DNA of 64,000 nt from Octopus vulgaris (GCA_951406725.2 OX597825.1:35712001-35776000), one strand, 5' to 3'. Numbered from the stretch's first letter, positions 1 to 13,630 are shown. A program made the numbers and translations. Notes: generated by a model from the letters alone, not told the origin.

Positions 1-253
1 CGACTATTGATCAGTATACAGTATATAGAGGATTTCATTTTACTCCCCTCTCCTACTCGATCAATTGGTTTTATTCTCGGCTAGCCAACTAATCCATTTA
101 ATCTAAGCAAATCGTCTAATTCTTTGAATGTTTAGTTCCAGCTAAGTGATGCTCTCCCATCCCTGTCAAGGTAAGGGGTTTTGCTATCTTACGCCTCACA
201 TCATAAACGTCTTCTCTATACATACATACTTTTATACATAGGTGCATGCATGT

Positions 254-525
<272 letters not shown>

Positions 526-1489
526 AAAGGAAGTAAGGAATATTTCTTCATGTGTGTATTTAACCCGAGTGTCATCAGTAAATACAGAGAGAAGTCAGAT
601 GCAAGATAATAATAGTAAATAAATGCCAAAGTAGTCTTACATGCAAGGTTAATGAATGACAGTGAACTAATCCAATATGTCTGACAGACTATTTACATTT
701 GCATTTATAAATTTTATTTTGGGAAAAGTTCGTAGCATTGTTGTTTTCTGAAGCTCATCTGTTAAGCCTTTTCTTCTTTTGTTCAAAAAAGTAAGAGGAT
801 AAAAAAGAAATTCGATTGAACTGTAGCAGTGTCAGGAACAAAAGAAGGTTAAAAGATAAACTAAAAGAAAAACAATAATGAAGGCCAAATACAATATTAC
901 GGAAATCATTTTTTTTTTTAATCATACGGGCCAACAACGGAGTCTTTTCGTATTCATTCAGCCTGGTTGAAATAGTTATTTTATGTCCCTCAAGTAATAT
1001 CCTACCATCTTAAATAAAGGAAAAATGCAACGGACAATATCAATATAGTTTTAGGTAAACGAATATGTGGGGCAATGATAGTTAAAATGTCTTTGATCAT
1101 ATGTCTGTTCGACCAGGTTTAAGCTTGGTCTAAGCAGTAACAGCGAAAACAAAAAAATATACCACATTTTTTAAATTCAAAATTCGGTGAATGTCTATTT
1201 TTGTCTTTTACTGTAAAAATAGATGAATATTTTCTTTACGAAAAGGCAATTAAAATTTGTGTTAAAACGACCACGAAATGCGGTAGTTGTTGAAGAATAT
1301 TGTTCAGCTTTGTTTGGTTATATTTTCATCAGCGCTTATTTATTTCTAATTAGATTTGTCATGCTCTGTGCATTAAATTAAATACGTTTACATTGACGTT
1401 TTGTTTATTTCTACGCTGGAGATGTCATTGTTCTACTATATTTCTAAAAGATTTATTTTAACAAATTTTCAGACTGTTTTCTTTGATTG

Positions 1490-1935
1490 TCGACAATGCA
1501 AGTTAAAAAAGCAATAGATGGAGCAACCATGGGTTCTCCATTTTGGCTTACGTTTGCAGTGTTTTACGCGGCTACAAGAAAACACAGAAAAATTACATTA
1601 AGTCATGAACATACGTTTCGCATCATGTATATGGGTGATATAATCACCGTAATGGACACTCTGGAGAATGCTGAAAAATAATGGAAAACGTAGAAAACAA
1701 CTACGTACTCAAATTCAGTATCCACAATAAAAGCTTCATCAATTTAATTACTGACTTTCTAGACTTAAACATCTAGAGACAAAAAATCAAACCCCATCCA
1801 CACCAACGATACAATCAATTGCCTATAATTATGTGAAGATAGTGAATGTCCACACAGATATAAAATATCTTCGGTGAAATCCCTACTAAAAGGATCATTT
1901 AGATTCTCTACCACAAAGCTATACATAAAAATCTA
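1490..1935 (+). pseudogene. Degenerate Penelope-like element reverse transcriptase fragment
   Basis: Frame-broken translation gives IDGATMGSP (cf. PLE DG.AMGSP), MYMGDII (cf. RYVDDI), FLDLNI and DSECPHRYKISSVKSLLKGSFRFST (cf. PLE S.CP.RYK.SVI..L..RA). Confidence 0.75.
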
Positions 1936-1940
1936 CAAAA

Positions 1941-2097
1941 GGAGTGGCTGTGTGGTAAGTAGCTTGCTTACCAACCACATGGTTCCGGGTTCAGTCCCAC
2001 TGCATGGCACTTTGGCCAAGTGTCTTCTACTATAGCTTCGGGCCGACCAAAGCCTTGTGAGTGGATTTTGTAGACAGAAACTGAAAGAAGCCGATCG

Positions 2098-2100
<3 letters not shown>
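1941..2100 (+). mobile_element. tRNA-derived octopus SINE (family B, 5' part)
   Basis: Head ggagtggctgtgtggtaag...ggttcagtccc (A/B boxes), body ccaagtgtcttctactatagc..gggccgaccaaagccttgtgagtggatt. Further copies or fragments at about 2830, 7090, 7550(-), 8668, 11895, 12465(-), 23376, 29500(-), 40715, 42760(-), 43440(-), 44299(-), 44499, 49390, 53640, 56290. Confidence 0.85.
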
Positions 2101-2165
<65 letters not shown>

Positions 2166-2202
2166 GAAGTTTGAAAATGCCGCTATATTAGATAAATTTT
2201 AA

Positions 2203-2245
2203 TTTTACATGTTTCGGTTCTTGAAATAACGAACCTTATCAAAAA
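2203..2245 (-). ncRNA. Minimal type-I hammerhead ribozyme motif, U3-A8 core variant
   Basis: Minus strand TTT-TTGATAA-GGTTC-gttatttcaa-GAACC-GAAA-CATG-TA-AAA: perfect 5-bp helix II, palindromic CATG helix-III loop, weak helix I; insert abuts (TA)n ending at about 2159. Confidence 0.6.
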
Positions 2246-2460
2246 AATTTTTTTATATAATAAAGAGAGTCCATGCTATATGCTTAAAGAGTATGATGGA
2301 ACAGTTCATAATTGTGACATACATTCAATAGAGTCAAATATAAAAAATCCATGTTCTTGAAAAGGCGAGGAGTTCATTATAGATTTTACCTTGTGTTCCA
2401 ATGGGAGCAACAGTAATGATTCTTGGTCGGCGTCTGCTGGCGTAATATATATGTATATAT

Positions 2461-2655
2461 GTATTTCCTCCGTCTTACTTTTCTCTTGGACTTTCCTCTG
2501 TCGCCTGTTTCTGAAGAAGAGCTTAGCTCGAAACGCAAAACCACCTTTCTTTCCTTTCCTGAGCGTCTGCTAATACTTTGCATGTACCACGTCCTCGCGT
2601 TGTTGTTTTTTTCTTGTGTTTGTTCTTCGTTTTTTTTTTTTCGGATTTACTATAT
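2461..2655 (+). mobile_element. Non-autonomous PLE/pLTR-like insert with degenerate hammerhead (2506-2541)
   Basis: GTTT-CTGAAGA-A-GAGC-TTA-GCTC-GAAA-CG-CA-AAAC (U16.1 mutated to C); ends in a TA tract; diverged inverted copy at 3111-3290. Confidence 0.6.
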
Positions 2656-3059
2656 ATATGTATGTGTGTATGTATATATATGTATAACGGGAAGGTTTAC
2701 GAAAATAAACAAAAGACGAAGGCAGGTTTACGAAAATAAAACAAAAGACGAAGGCAGGTGGAGTACAAACAAACAATTGTATTAGTTATGTATGTGTGTG
2801 TATACGTATGTATATGTATTTATGTATTTCTGTCTGTGTGTCTTTGTGTCTGTATTTGTCCCCCATCTACCATCGCCTGACAGCCGGTGTTGGCGCGTTA
2901 GAGTCTCCGTAAACTAGCGGTTTGGTAAAAGAGACCGATAGAATAAGTACTAGGCTTAAAAAGAATAAATCCTGAGGTTGATTTCTTCGGCTATAGCCCT
3001 AGAAGGGTTATATGTATATGTATATATATTCACACGCACATACACACACATGTACACAA

Positions 3060-3110
<51 letters not shown>

Positions 3111-3114
<4 letters not shown>

Positions 3115-3316
3115 ATCCAAACATGAAAACACAAGCAGAAAGTACAACAACGTGAGGACGTGGAACAAGTATAGTATTAATGGACGCTCAGGAAAGGAAA
3201 GAAAGAAAGAGGATTTAACGTTTCGAGCGTTCTTCGTCAGAAACATAGGAAAAAGAAAGATCCAAGGAAGGGAAGACGGAGGAATAAAAAATCTTCAACG
3301 ATACACACGCGGTCAC
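3111..3316 (-). mobile_element. Second copy of the 2461 pLTR-like family with degenerate hammerhead (3213-3244)
   Basis: Minus strand GTTT-CTGACGA-A-GAAC-GCTC-GAAA-CG-TT-AAAT; shares cctttcctgagcgtc and ccacgtcctc blocks with the 2461 copy; 3' end abuts (TA)n. Confidence 0.6.
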
Positions 3317-3634
3317 AATGAGTTGAGAAGCTCCTCTAGTTTTTTAAGGATCTAGATTTTTGTGCCAAAGCAGTTATCAAATTCAAAAATTTGAAATTTG
3401 ACAAGTACACGAACTCTTGGTCTTTTAGTTGTACCTGTAATTCTACTCAAATGGAGACGAAGAATTGATTTGCAAGTGAACGATATAGATCAAAATCAAT
3501 AAATGTTAATGCAGTTTATGATATACATCATTACAATACAATAAGCTTCAAAATGGAAAATACTATTTATGAAGAAATAATCAGTGGTTCTATTATCATG
3601 GTTAAGAATATGTAGAATAGTAGAATTAAATTCT

Positions 3635-4030
3635 TTTCTACTCTAAGCACAAGGCCCGAAATTTTGGGGGAAGGGGCCAGTCGATTAGATTAACCTCTGT
3701 ACGCAACTGGTACTTAATTTATCGACCCCGAAAGGATGAAAGGCAAAGCCGACCTCGGTGGAATTCGAACTCAGAACGTAAAGACAGACAAGCTACCTAT
3801 TTCTTTACTACTCACAAGAGGCTAAACACAGAGGGGACAAACAAGAACAGACAAACGGATTAAGTCGATTATATCGACCCCAGTGCGTAACTGGTACTTA
3901 TTTAATCGACCCCGAAAGGATGAAAGGTAAAGTCGACCTCGGCGGAATTTGAACTCAGAATGTAACCGCAGACGAAATACCGCTAAGCATTTCGCCCGGC
4001 GTGCTAACATTTCAACCAGCTCGCCGCCTG
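3635..4030 (-). mobile_element. tRNA-derived SINE family A (Meta-like central domain), dimeric form
   Basis: Minus strand ggcgagctgg...gttagcacgccgggcgaaatgcttagcgg...gaggtcgactttacctttcatcctttcggggtcga...aagtaccag; core present twice. Confidence 0.85.
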
Positions 4031-4826
4031 ACTAATTCTTTATATTAACAAAAGACACATCGTAAACACTGATGGAGAACAACCAGTCACACGAATAGTG
4101 TCAAATGGATGGATTGCGTATGACCAAACAGCTCAGCTTGGAGATGTTTCACACTAGTGCGCGCGCACACAAAAACATACTTTTTCAGTCTCACCATCAT
4201 ATACTCTGAAACAGTGACTGGCCCGTATCACAATAACCAATGCTGTGATTCATCAATAGCCGTATAAAACAGAATATATAAATAAAAGGTACATCTGGTC
4301 ATTGAAGCATTAGCATTAACAATGTTTTTGATGTTCTAATTGCAGCAGCAAACAAGCATAATGGAAGCTGTGGAAGATTAAATGCCGTTCCTTTACGTAA
4401 CGTTGCAATACCTGGAATTGTCGCGGTAATAAACAAATATCAGAGACTCTCAAGAGCAAATATCCATTTAATTTGAAAGCAGTTTAAATTTCTGAGTTGT
4501 CTCCCTTATCTATATTGACAATATTTGTCAGTAATGCCAATGTAATTTCAAATGGTTTAAAATGCTTTTTGGCTCTTGACATTAAGTATCTTAGCCTGCA
4601 CTTCACCATATTTCCGTCATGCCGAAAACATCCCAGAGAAATGTTTGTATGTTCTTATTTAAGTATAATGACGCTTATAAAATATTTTAAATTAGAATCA
4701 CCGAAATATGAAGCCAGTAAATTTGAAAGGGATTATAACAAAAGTACACATATACCCATATACACAAGCACAAATAAGCAGGAGTATATATACACATACA
4801 TAAATGCCTATATATACGCCTGTCTA

Positions 4827-4877
<51 letters not shown>

Positions 4878-5546
4878 ATTTACCCATATACATATGTATA
4901 TTTGGGTGGGGTATATGTTCACACAGTATATATGTAAAATATATTTAATTAAAAGAGCAGAAGGTTTGAGAACATTCGAAGTGAACTAAGGAAAAGGTGG
5001 TGGTGGAAGTCTGAATCATCGGAAGTTTGGGCGTTCATTCATTTCTTGTAGAACGAGGTTGCCAGGTTGAAGATCAAACGCTTTTCGTTGCATCTATATG
5101 AGTCAGAAGACAATAGAGAGGAGGAAAAGAAGGCTAGTCGTCAGTCGAGTGGCCAAGTTAGTTCCAATAGCAAGGTCCGGGTTTGTGAATGCCTTGGAAG
5201 TCGTTACAGACACCGAGGAAATTTTCAAAAACCCGGTCACCCAAACAACATCCGTCTTGTTTGCGTATAGTGCATTTCAGAGTGTGCATGCAAGTATGTT
5301 TTTGGTTTAGTTTGGAGTTCATGGTTTTCGCCGCCCCTCCGTTGCTATTAGTCAATATGAATGATGTTTAGTGTAAGCTTCTACATGTTGGCGTCTTCGG
5401 GAAAATAAAGAAGGGGACTAGCATTGGATTCCAGAGAGTTGATTTCCTAAGTAAGAAGGATTAGACATTGTGGTGAGAAACTTCGCTGAAGACAAGCAAT
5501 ATACTTTACTGTATTAAAACAATCTAGCAATATTATTGTTATTATC

Positions 5547-5962
5547 AAGGTGGTGAGCTGGCACAATCGTTAGCACGCCAGGCAAACTGCTTAGCAGTAT
5601 TTAATCCGTCTTTACCTCTCTGGGTTCGAATTCCGCCGAGGTTGATTTTGCCTTTCATCCTTCTGGGGTTGATAAAATAAGTACCAGTTGAGCACTTGGG
5701 TTGATGTAACTGACTTAGCCCCTTCCCCGAAACTGCTGGCCTTGGCCCAGAATTTGAAACCAGTACCATTGTTATTATTCACTATACTTAAGGCGGTGAG
5801 CTGACAGAATCGTTAGCACGCCGGACAAACTGCTAAGCGGTATTTCGTCCGTCTTTACGCTTTGAGTTGTAATGCCACCGATGTCGACTTTGCTTTTCAT
5901 CCCTTCAGGATCGATAAAATAAAGTACTAATTGAGCGTGGGAGTCGATATAAAATTGAAACC
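5547..5962 (+). mobile_element. Two tandem SINE family A copies
   Basis: aaggtggtgagctggcacaatcgttagcacgcc at 5547 and aaggcggtgagctgacagaatcgttagcacgcc at 5790, each followed by the cttttcatcc core. Confidence 0.8.
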
Positions 5963-8820
5963 ATTATTCATTAGACTTCACAATAAATTTCAATTTTTTT
6001 CTGTAATAGACACATGTACAGTTGTTTCCTACTGAATCGATGATACTTCAGAATTGATAAGCAAATTTTCCTATCACATCTAAATGTTGTGTAACCCAGA
6101 CCCTCCTGACTTTTTTTTATCCTTTTCTTCTCTGGCTTCCGCTGCGTAAGCTAACTATGTTACTTTTTTTACAGCATATTTCATGTTAGTTATTTTAAAG
6201 TAATGTTAACATAGATATTTTTTCCTCATCTATTCTGGTTTAGAATTGACAGTGGAGTTTCTGTGGCAAAGTTCCCCATCCCCCTGTATCCAACTATCCA
6301 CCCTAAGCATGTAGATATTGACTTGTTACTACCGAAAGATTAATTGATGTTGTGGAGAGAAACTTCGTTATATTCTTCTCTTTATCATTTGTAGAATAAA
6401 GAGCTTTCTTTCTGCAGGAACCAAAAATTAGCACTAATCAATATTTCTGTTGAAATTTCATAAATTTCTACTTCCTCTGAGGGAGATATGAAAATGGAAA
6501 TGCTCCCCAAACTCCTTGCTTAAAGCTCTAAATTTGATAAGGAAGGAGCCTAGGTGAGAATGTAAAAAAAAAATGCATTTTTAAGAGACTTTTTCATCCC
6601 ATTCTCTAATGACGTTTTAACGTGTCTACCAGTTCACGATCGTTTTCGTCTTAGAAGTCACAAATTCAGTCGTTTTGAATAGTTTTTTTTTTTTGGTGAT
6701 CCTATGCTAATCAATATAGGATAGGTTTTGTTGCTTCTTTCTTGTAAAATGGTTTTATCCTTTGAGAATACCAGTGTCCGGTTTTTGACATATTTTTTTC
6801 CATTTAAGACGTTCTAATATTCAAGGCATGTGACTGCTACTCTCAGACGTGTTCTGGCTTCTTACACTGCCTGATATAATTCTTAAAACAGAGTTTCTGT
6901 GGTGAAATACTTATTAAGAATTATGATCATGTATATCTCCTTTATATCGTACATCAGAATCTAACTCCTTCTAGTTCGTTTTTCACTGTATAGGTGTATA
7001 TCGCAACCCCGGATAATTCATACTTTTATGAATACTTAATAACCTTTAGTGGAGATCCCACGTTCTGTCTAATTATGTATTTCACACATAGGCGGAGTTT
7101 TGGTAAGGAGTTTGCTTCCCAACCACCTAGTTTCAGGTTCAGTCCCACTGCGGGGCACCATCGACAAGTGTCTTCTACTATAGTCCCGGGACGACGAAAG
7201 TCTTGTGAGTGGATTTCGTAGACGTAAACTGAAAGAAGCCCGTCGTATATATGTGTGTAAATGTATGCAAATATGTGTCTTTTTGTTTGTGTCTGTCTTC
7301 ATCACAAGGCAGCCGGTGTTGGTTTATTTAGGTCCCTGTAATTTAGCAGTTCAACGAAAGAGAGCTTTCGGGCATGTATCAGATTTAAAAAATTAAGTAC
7401 TGGGTTGATTTGTTCGACTAAAACCCTGCAAGGTTGTGTCCCAGCATGGTCGCAATCCAATGACTGAAACAGATTAAATCTTAAAAGATATACGCGCATG
7501 TATGAATCTATGTACATCATTTATCTTTTATCTTTTATTTGTTACCTTTTACTTGTTTAGACTGCGGCCTTGCTGGGACACCACCTTGAGTTTTTAGTCG
7601 AACGAATCGACCCCAGTACTTTTTTCTTTGTGCGTGATATTTATTCTATCAGCTTCTTTGGCTGAACCACTACACGAACCAACACCATTAGTCAAACGAT
7701 TGGGGGGGACAAACACAGGCACAAAGACACCCACCATACACACAGGCGCACACACACACATATAAACGATGGGCTTCTTTCAGTTTCCGTCTACCAAATC
7801 CACTCACAAGGCTTTTGGAACTGAAAACAGAACCGTGTAGTTGGAAAGCAAACTTCTTACCACACAGCCATGCCTGCGCCTATACATGTATGTATGTATA
7901 TTTATGTGTATGTATGTAATGCACCTATACATGTATGAATATGTATGTGTATGTAATGCGCCTATACATGTATGTATGTACATATTTATGTATGCATGTG
8001 TATGTATGTATTTGCGTACATACATGCATACATGCATGCATAATTACATGCTTACGTACATAAATGACAATTTCTGTGCGTGTCTCCACATGGGTTCTTG
8101 TCTAATAGACTCAGTTTCGTACGATGATACATATTTGGAACGAGAGTGTTTCTATACTATAATTGTTCGCCGATTTGAACTAAGAAATACAACAATGGAA
8201 GCAGAAGTATGTAGAACAAACAAGCTGAATGTTGGTTTGAAAATCATATTTAGTCGATTCAGAAATTAGATGACAGGTATTGCGAATAATGAAGTTTTGT
8301 TGAGAACTCATTTAGCTTAAATATATTCTTTGGTAGATAGGCACCCTTCAAGTTGATTTGGGATAAGATACATCCAAGTAGCAATTTTGAAATTAACCCC
8401 CTTTCCCGCCATAGAAATCCATAGAAAATAAAGACGAGGTCTGTTTCCTTATATTGTGTCCATCTCCAAGAAGAAAAAGCTCATTCATGTAATGAATCAA
8501 CTCAATTTTTCTCTCAAACGGTTCTTATATGTAAAATCAGAATTAGCGGTTAGTTTCGCCAGTATTTGAGGGTTACTGTGCATTTTTAAACATGCTACGT
8601 CTTCAACACATCGATAATGCTAACATTATAGAGCTGCATCTAACTCCAAATTAAATTTATATATCAGGTGGGTGTGTGATAAGAAGAGTGCTTCCCAACC
8701 ACATGATTACAGGTTCAGTCCCACTGCGTGGTACCTTGAACTTCTACTATAGTGTAAGGCAGACCAATGCCTTGTGAATTGATTTGGTAAATGGACACTG
8801 AAAGAAACCCGTAGTATATA

Positions 8821-10089
8821 CAGCGGTTGGACAAAATAATGGAAACACCTAGCATCATATCATCATCATTTTGAAATATCTATAAAACCGTCAAAAGCTT
8901 GTTTATTTTAATGCTTTTTTGATTTATTATTAGTGTTGCTTAATATGCTTTGCCAAAATAGCTGTTTCTTTTAAGATATCATCAGAAAAAAGTAATTAAA
9001 ATTCATTAAAATGACAGATCTATCGGACTTTCAAAGAGGTCAAATTGTTGGTGCTCGTATGGCAGGCGTTAGCAAAACGAAAACAGCCGAAATGTCTGGT
9101 GTATCAAGAAGTATGGTCTCGAAAGTAATGACAGCCTTTGAAAAAGTGGGGAAAACCTTCCCATCGACCCGAAACTCCGGAAGAAAACCAAAACTTTCAG
9201 ATAGGGACCGTCGGACTGTTACACAAATTGTTAGAGAGGATCACAAAAGAACAGCTCTTAAAATTTCTGCAGAGCTTAATGACCACCTCGAGAACCCAGT
9301 TTCCACAAACACTGTTCGCCGGGAGCTGCACAAAGCTGGATTTCACGGGAAGGCTGCAATCAGAAAACCACTACTTTCAAAAGCAAACGTTGCAAAGCGT
9401 TTAGAGTGGAGTAAAAACCTACAGAATTGGTCCCTAGAGCAGTGGAAGAATGTTATTTTCTTGGACGAGTCATCCTTTACATTATTTCCGGCTACCGGCC
9501 GAGTATACGCGTGAAGACAGCCAAAAGAAGCATTTGATCCAGACTGCCTTCTTCCAACTGTTAAAATTGGAGGAGGATCTGTGATGATCTGGGGGCTATA
9601 TCTTGGAAATTAGCCGGCCCAATGGTTTCCCTTCGTGACAATTAATAGTCAAGACTATTTAAGTAATTTATCTGATCAAATTCCTCCTATGGTTGTGGAA
9701 CTGTTTCCGGAAAGAAACGCAATCTTTCAGGATGATAATGTACCAATTCGCACAGCTAAGGTTGTTACTGAATGGCACCTGGAATATTCTTGTGAAGTTA
9801 ACATCTTATCTAGCCACTACAGTCCCAGATCTCAATTTTATTGAACACTTATGGTGCATTTTAGAAAAACAAGTAAGGAGTCGATATCCTCCAACATTAT
9901 CACTACAAGAACTGGAGACTGTTTTAGCTGAAGAATGGACAAAAATTCATTTGGAAAAAATTCAAACCTTGTACAAGTCCATATCTCGTAGAAGTCAAGT
10001 TGTAATTACTACCAAAGGCGGTCCTACCCCATATTAAAATAAATTTGTTTGAAATTTTAAGGTGTTTCCATTATTTTGTCCAACTCCTG
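8821..10089 (+). mobile_element. Full-length but inactive Tc1 (DD34E) DNA transposon inserted in a family B SINE
   Basis: About 30-bp TIRs cagcggttggacaaaataatggaaacacct (8821-8850) / aggtgtttccattattttgtccaactcctg (10060-10089); TA on the left, TG on the right; the SINE resumes on both sides. Confidence 0.95.
9011..10037 (+). pseudogene. Tc1 transposase pseudogene
   Basis: MTDLSDFQRGQIVGARMAG HTH, GRKPKL, FLDES, FQDDN and PDLNFIEHLW catalytic motifs, C-terminal KGGPTPY; stop at 9512-9514 plus frameshifts. Confidence 0.93.
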
Positions 10090-10337
10090 TGCATGTGAGC
10101 GTGTGCGTATCTTCGTGTCTGTGTTTGTTCCCGCGCCGCTTGACAACTGGTGTTGAAGTGTTTATGTCCCCCGTAACTTAGCAGTTTGGCAAAAGAGAAC
10201 GTTCGAATAAATACTAGGCTTTAAAAAATAAGTCCTGCAATCGATTTGTTTGACCAAAAGACCTCAAAGTGGGGCCCCAGCATAGCCGCAATCAAATGAC
10301 TGAAAGAAGTAAAAGATTATATGTACACACACACACA

Positions 10338-10427
<90 letters not shown>

Positions 10428-10430
<3 letters not shown>

Positions 10431-11165
10431 GGAACTAAAACGCAATAGAGGACAATAAAGGACAGATAGACGATACAAAGGCGGATAAGAGAAACAACAA
10501 TTAGAAGGACAGGCAAAAAAAGACGGGTCATTTGTGGCCTTCTTTCCTCAGTCAAGTACCAGAAGTCACGACTGTTTCGGGAAGTTACACTTGAGACGGT
10601 TCGATCTGGTTGTCCCCCAAAAAGTCTAAGCTAAGAGCATTAGACCCCTTTGTAAGAAAGCTAGCGAATGTGTATGGCAACAAAGACAAAAGACGGAGAA
10701 CATGGTACACAAAAAGACAAAAACGGAAAACAGAGTACACAATTAGGAATACAAACAGTAAGAAAATAACAACAGGTGTCTTTCGACTGAGAACAAATCC
10801 AACTGAGCTGGCGTGTATGAAGTGAAAGCCTAAAGGCAGGAACATAAGAGATAGACATAAGCGGTGTTGGCGGTCAGCAGTCAGGTCAAGAAAGAAAGAT
10901 CATGTCTGGCCGAATACTGGTCACGTGGAAGGAGGAGAGATGGGTAGGGGGAAGCGGGATTGAAGGATTAGAAAAAAATCAGAGATAAAGAGAAGGGTAC
11001 AGGTGAGATAAACGAGTGGGAAATAGTGGGAATTAAAGAAAGAAAGTGCCAAGAAATGTGAAAGGGGGAGCGAGAAAAAGAAAAAAATGGAAGAAAATAA
11101 GAGGGGAACTAAAAGATAGAGTAAGAGTCGTACAAAATTTAGATACATCCCTACTATAAGGTGAG
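10428..11165 (-). mobile_element. TA-tract-anchored non-coding retroelement-like insert; terminal segment repeated at 11209-11380
   Basis: 10428-10590 and 11209-11380 are diverged direct repeats, each starting at a TA-rich tract; minus strand carries hammerhead half-motifs (CCGAAACAGTC/CCGAAACGGTC and CTGAGGA/CTGACGA). Confidence 0.5.
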
Positions 11166-11379
11166 CACAAGTCTGCACGTACGCCGCTATATGAATATAT
11201 AAATATAAAAAATGGAACAAAAGCGCAATAGAGGACAATAAAACATTTGGATAGATAGACGAATCAAAGGCGGAAAAAGAAACAACAATTAGAAGGACAG
11301 GTAAAACAAAAGACGGGTCAATCGTAGCCTTCTCTCGTCAGTCAAATACAAGAAGTCACGACCGTTTCGGACAGTTACT

Positions 11380-11417
<38 letters not shown>

Positions 11418-11424
11418 TATATAT

Positions 11425-11630
11425 ATACAAGAGTTAAGGAATGGAGTAGATAATATCCAGGTTACATGTTTCATAGCGAGCGGAACCTCGGAAGTGGTAA
11501 ATATCCAAGCGAGGCTGAAGAGTAGCCTGCGGTATACACCTTGCTTGGATATTTACCACTTTCGGGGTTCCACTCGTTATGAAACATACGTAGCATGGAT
11601 ATTATCTACTTCATTCCTTAACTCTTGTAT
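11425..11630. repeat. Fold-back (inverted repeat) insert overlapping a degenerate hammerhead
   Basis: Arms 11425-11514 and 11539-11630; CTGAAGA-GTAGC...GTTAT-GAAA-CATACG-TA at 11515-11592; abuts (TA)n. Confidence 0.8.
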
Positions 11631-11692
11631 TTTATTCGCATATCTGGCAACCCTGCCTGCCTACTGTGAAATATAAAACACTTTTCCAGCTT

Positions 11693-12168
11693 ACAGAGTT
11701 TCTGTGGTGAAATACTTATCAAGAATTATGATATGCATATCTCCTTTATATCGTACATCAGAATCTAACTCCTTTTAGTTCGTTTTTCATTGTATAGACG
11801 TATATCGCAACCCCGGATAGTTCGTACTTTTATGAATACTTAATAACCTTTAGTGGAGATCCCACGCTCTGTCTAATTATGTATTTCCCACATAGTTTTG
11901 GTAAGGAGTTTGCCTACCAACCACCTAATTTCAGGTTCAGTCCCACCGCGGGGCACCTTCGGCAAGTGTCTTCTACTATAGTCCCGGGATGACCAAAGTC
12001 TTGTGATTGGATTTCGTAGACGGAAACTGAAAGAAGCCCGTCGTATATATGTGTGTAAATGTATGCAAATATGTGTGTCTTTTTTTTTTGTTTGTCCTCA
12101 TCACAAGGCAGCCGGTGTTGGTTTATTTAGGTTCCTGTAATTTAGCAGTTCAACAAAACAGAGCTTTC
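11693..12168 (+). repeat. About 480-bp direct duplication of 6888-7369
   Basis: Near-identical sequence from acagagtttctgtggtgaaatac to agagctttc, including non-SINE sequence and part of a family B SINE. Confidence 0.92.
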
Positions 12169-12273
12169 TGCCTCAATGAACCACTATTGTTCCTAAAAGT
12201 TGATTTTCATATTTTCTACGGTTTGGTTACAGCTAACCATTATCCTGCACCTCGATCCTTGGATCTTACATTT

Positions 12274-12365
<92 letters not shown>

Positions 12366-12436
12366 ACACACACACGCACGCACACACACACTGACATACA
12401 TACATACATACATACATACATACATACATACATACA

Positions 12437-12468
<32 letters not shown>

Positions 12469-13339
12469 CGACGGGCTTCTTTTAGTTTCCGTCTACCAAA
12501 TCCACTCACAAGGTTTTGGTCAGCCCGAAGCTATAGTAGAAGACACTTACTCAAGGTGCCACGCAGTGTGATTGAACCCGGAACCATGTTGTTGATAAGT
12601 AAGCTACTTGCCACACAGAAGTCGGGTCTCTGTCGTTCAACGATAGGAATTCAGTTATTCGATCAACTGAATTACACGCCTCTGAATTAATGTGCCAAGC
12701 ATTTCACAGACCAGAAACGTGTACTATAAATGCAATTTTCTGGCAGAGTTTGAATTACACTTCATCTGATGGGCTTCTATAGTTTCATACTACCCAGTAT
12801 AATTTTCAAAATACAGATCGACTCGAAGCAGTAGAAAATGACAATTGCTCAAGATGCTACCAAGCAGGATCGAACCCGGACCTGGTGGCTCTGAAGCGAA
12901 CTTCGTAACCAGTCACCCATACCTCACTTACGTGCACACATATTCACACACCTATCTGTTTGTTTGTCTGTCTGTTTGTATGTATGTATGTATTGTGAAG
13001 TATCGGTCAACTTGACATTTACAATCAATAAATTTGAACTGCACTCTCAATAATGAGTCACCCGCTCAGTAAATGTTCCGTTGTTATCCTTAAACAAACT
13101 TTAAAATAGCCACCCCTCACACACACATAACATATTTATATGTGTGTATATATTATCAAGGACAATATTACCGAATGTGTCTTTTTTTGATAGGAAATGA
13201 TTTGAGAGACATTTAACTGCTATTTCTAGCATATCCTGTGACCACATAAAATCTCTCTCCTTGGCCCGTTAGTATACATTCTTTTATGACCTTGTAATCC
13301 GCCAACTGTAATACATAAATTATGTAAACCAGCCTACAA

Positions 13340-13630
13340 GTTAGGCCTCGACCTGGTATTTCCTTTGAGAACTGTGTATAATTATCTTGAGTGGGTGTGT
13401 TTGAAAAATTGCTATGTCCATCCTTTTTGTTAAAGGTGTTGCAACTAAGCGTAAAATTCCGTGTAAACTATCATCATTATTAATAAAAGTTGGAAGTGGT
13501 ATAATCGGTTGAGGACTAAGCAAAAGGTGTTCTTTTATTGAGTGATAACCTGTGATCTGTTGCATTCTCATTTGAAATTTCAGGAGTGTTTTTCCGTTTC
13601 AGTACTCCGGCAGTAATGAAATAGAATATT
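13340..13630 (-). pseudogene. Possible degraded GIY-YIG endonuclease region of a Penelope-like element
   Basis: Minus-strand MRMQQITGYHSIKEHL resembles the R...H....SIK.H segment of PLE GIY-YIG domains; weak. Confidence 0.3.

Noticed and set aside
9011-9514. Possibly functional or domesticated transposase ORF
   Set aside because: Premature stop and frameshifts split the DDE triad; the other transposases in the window are also disrupted.
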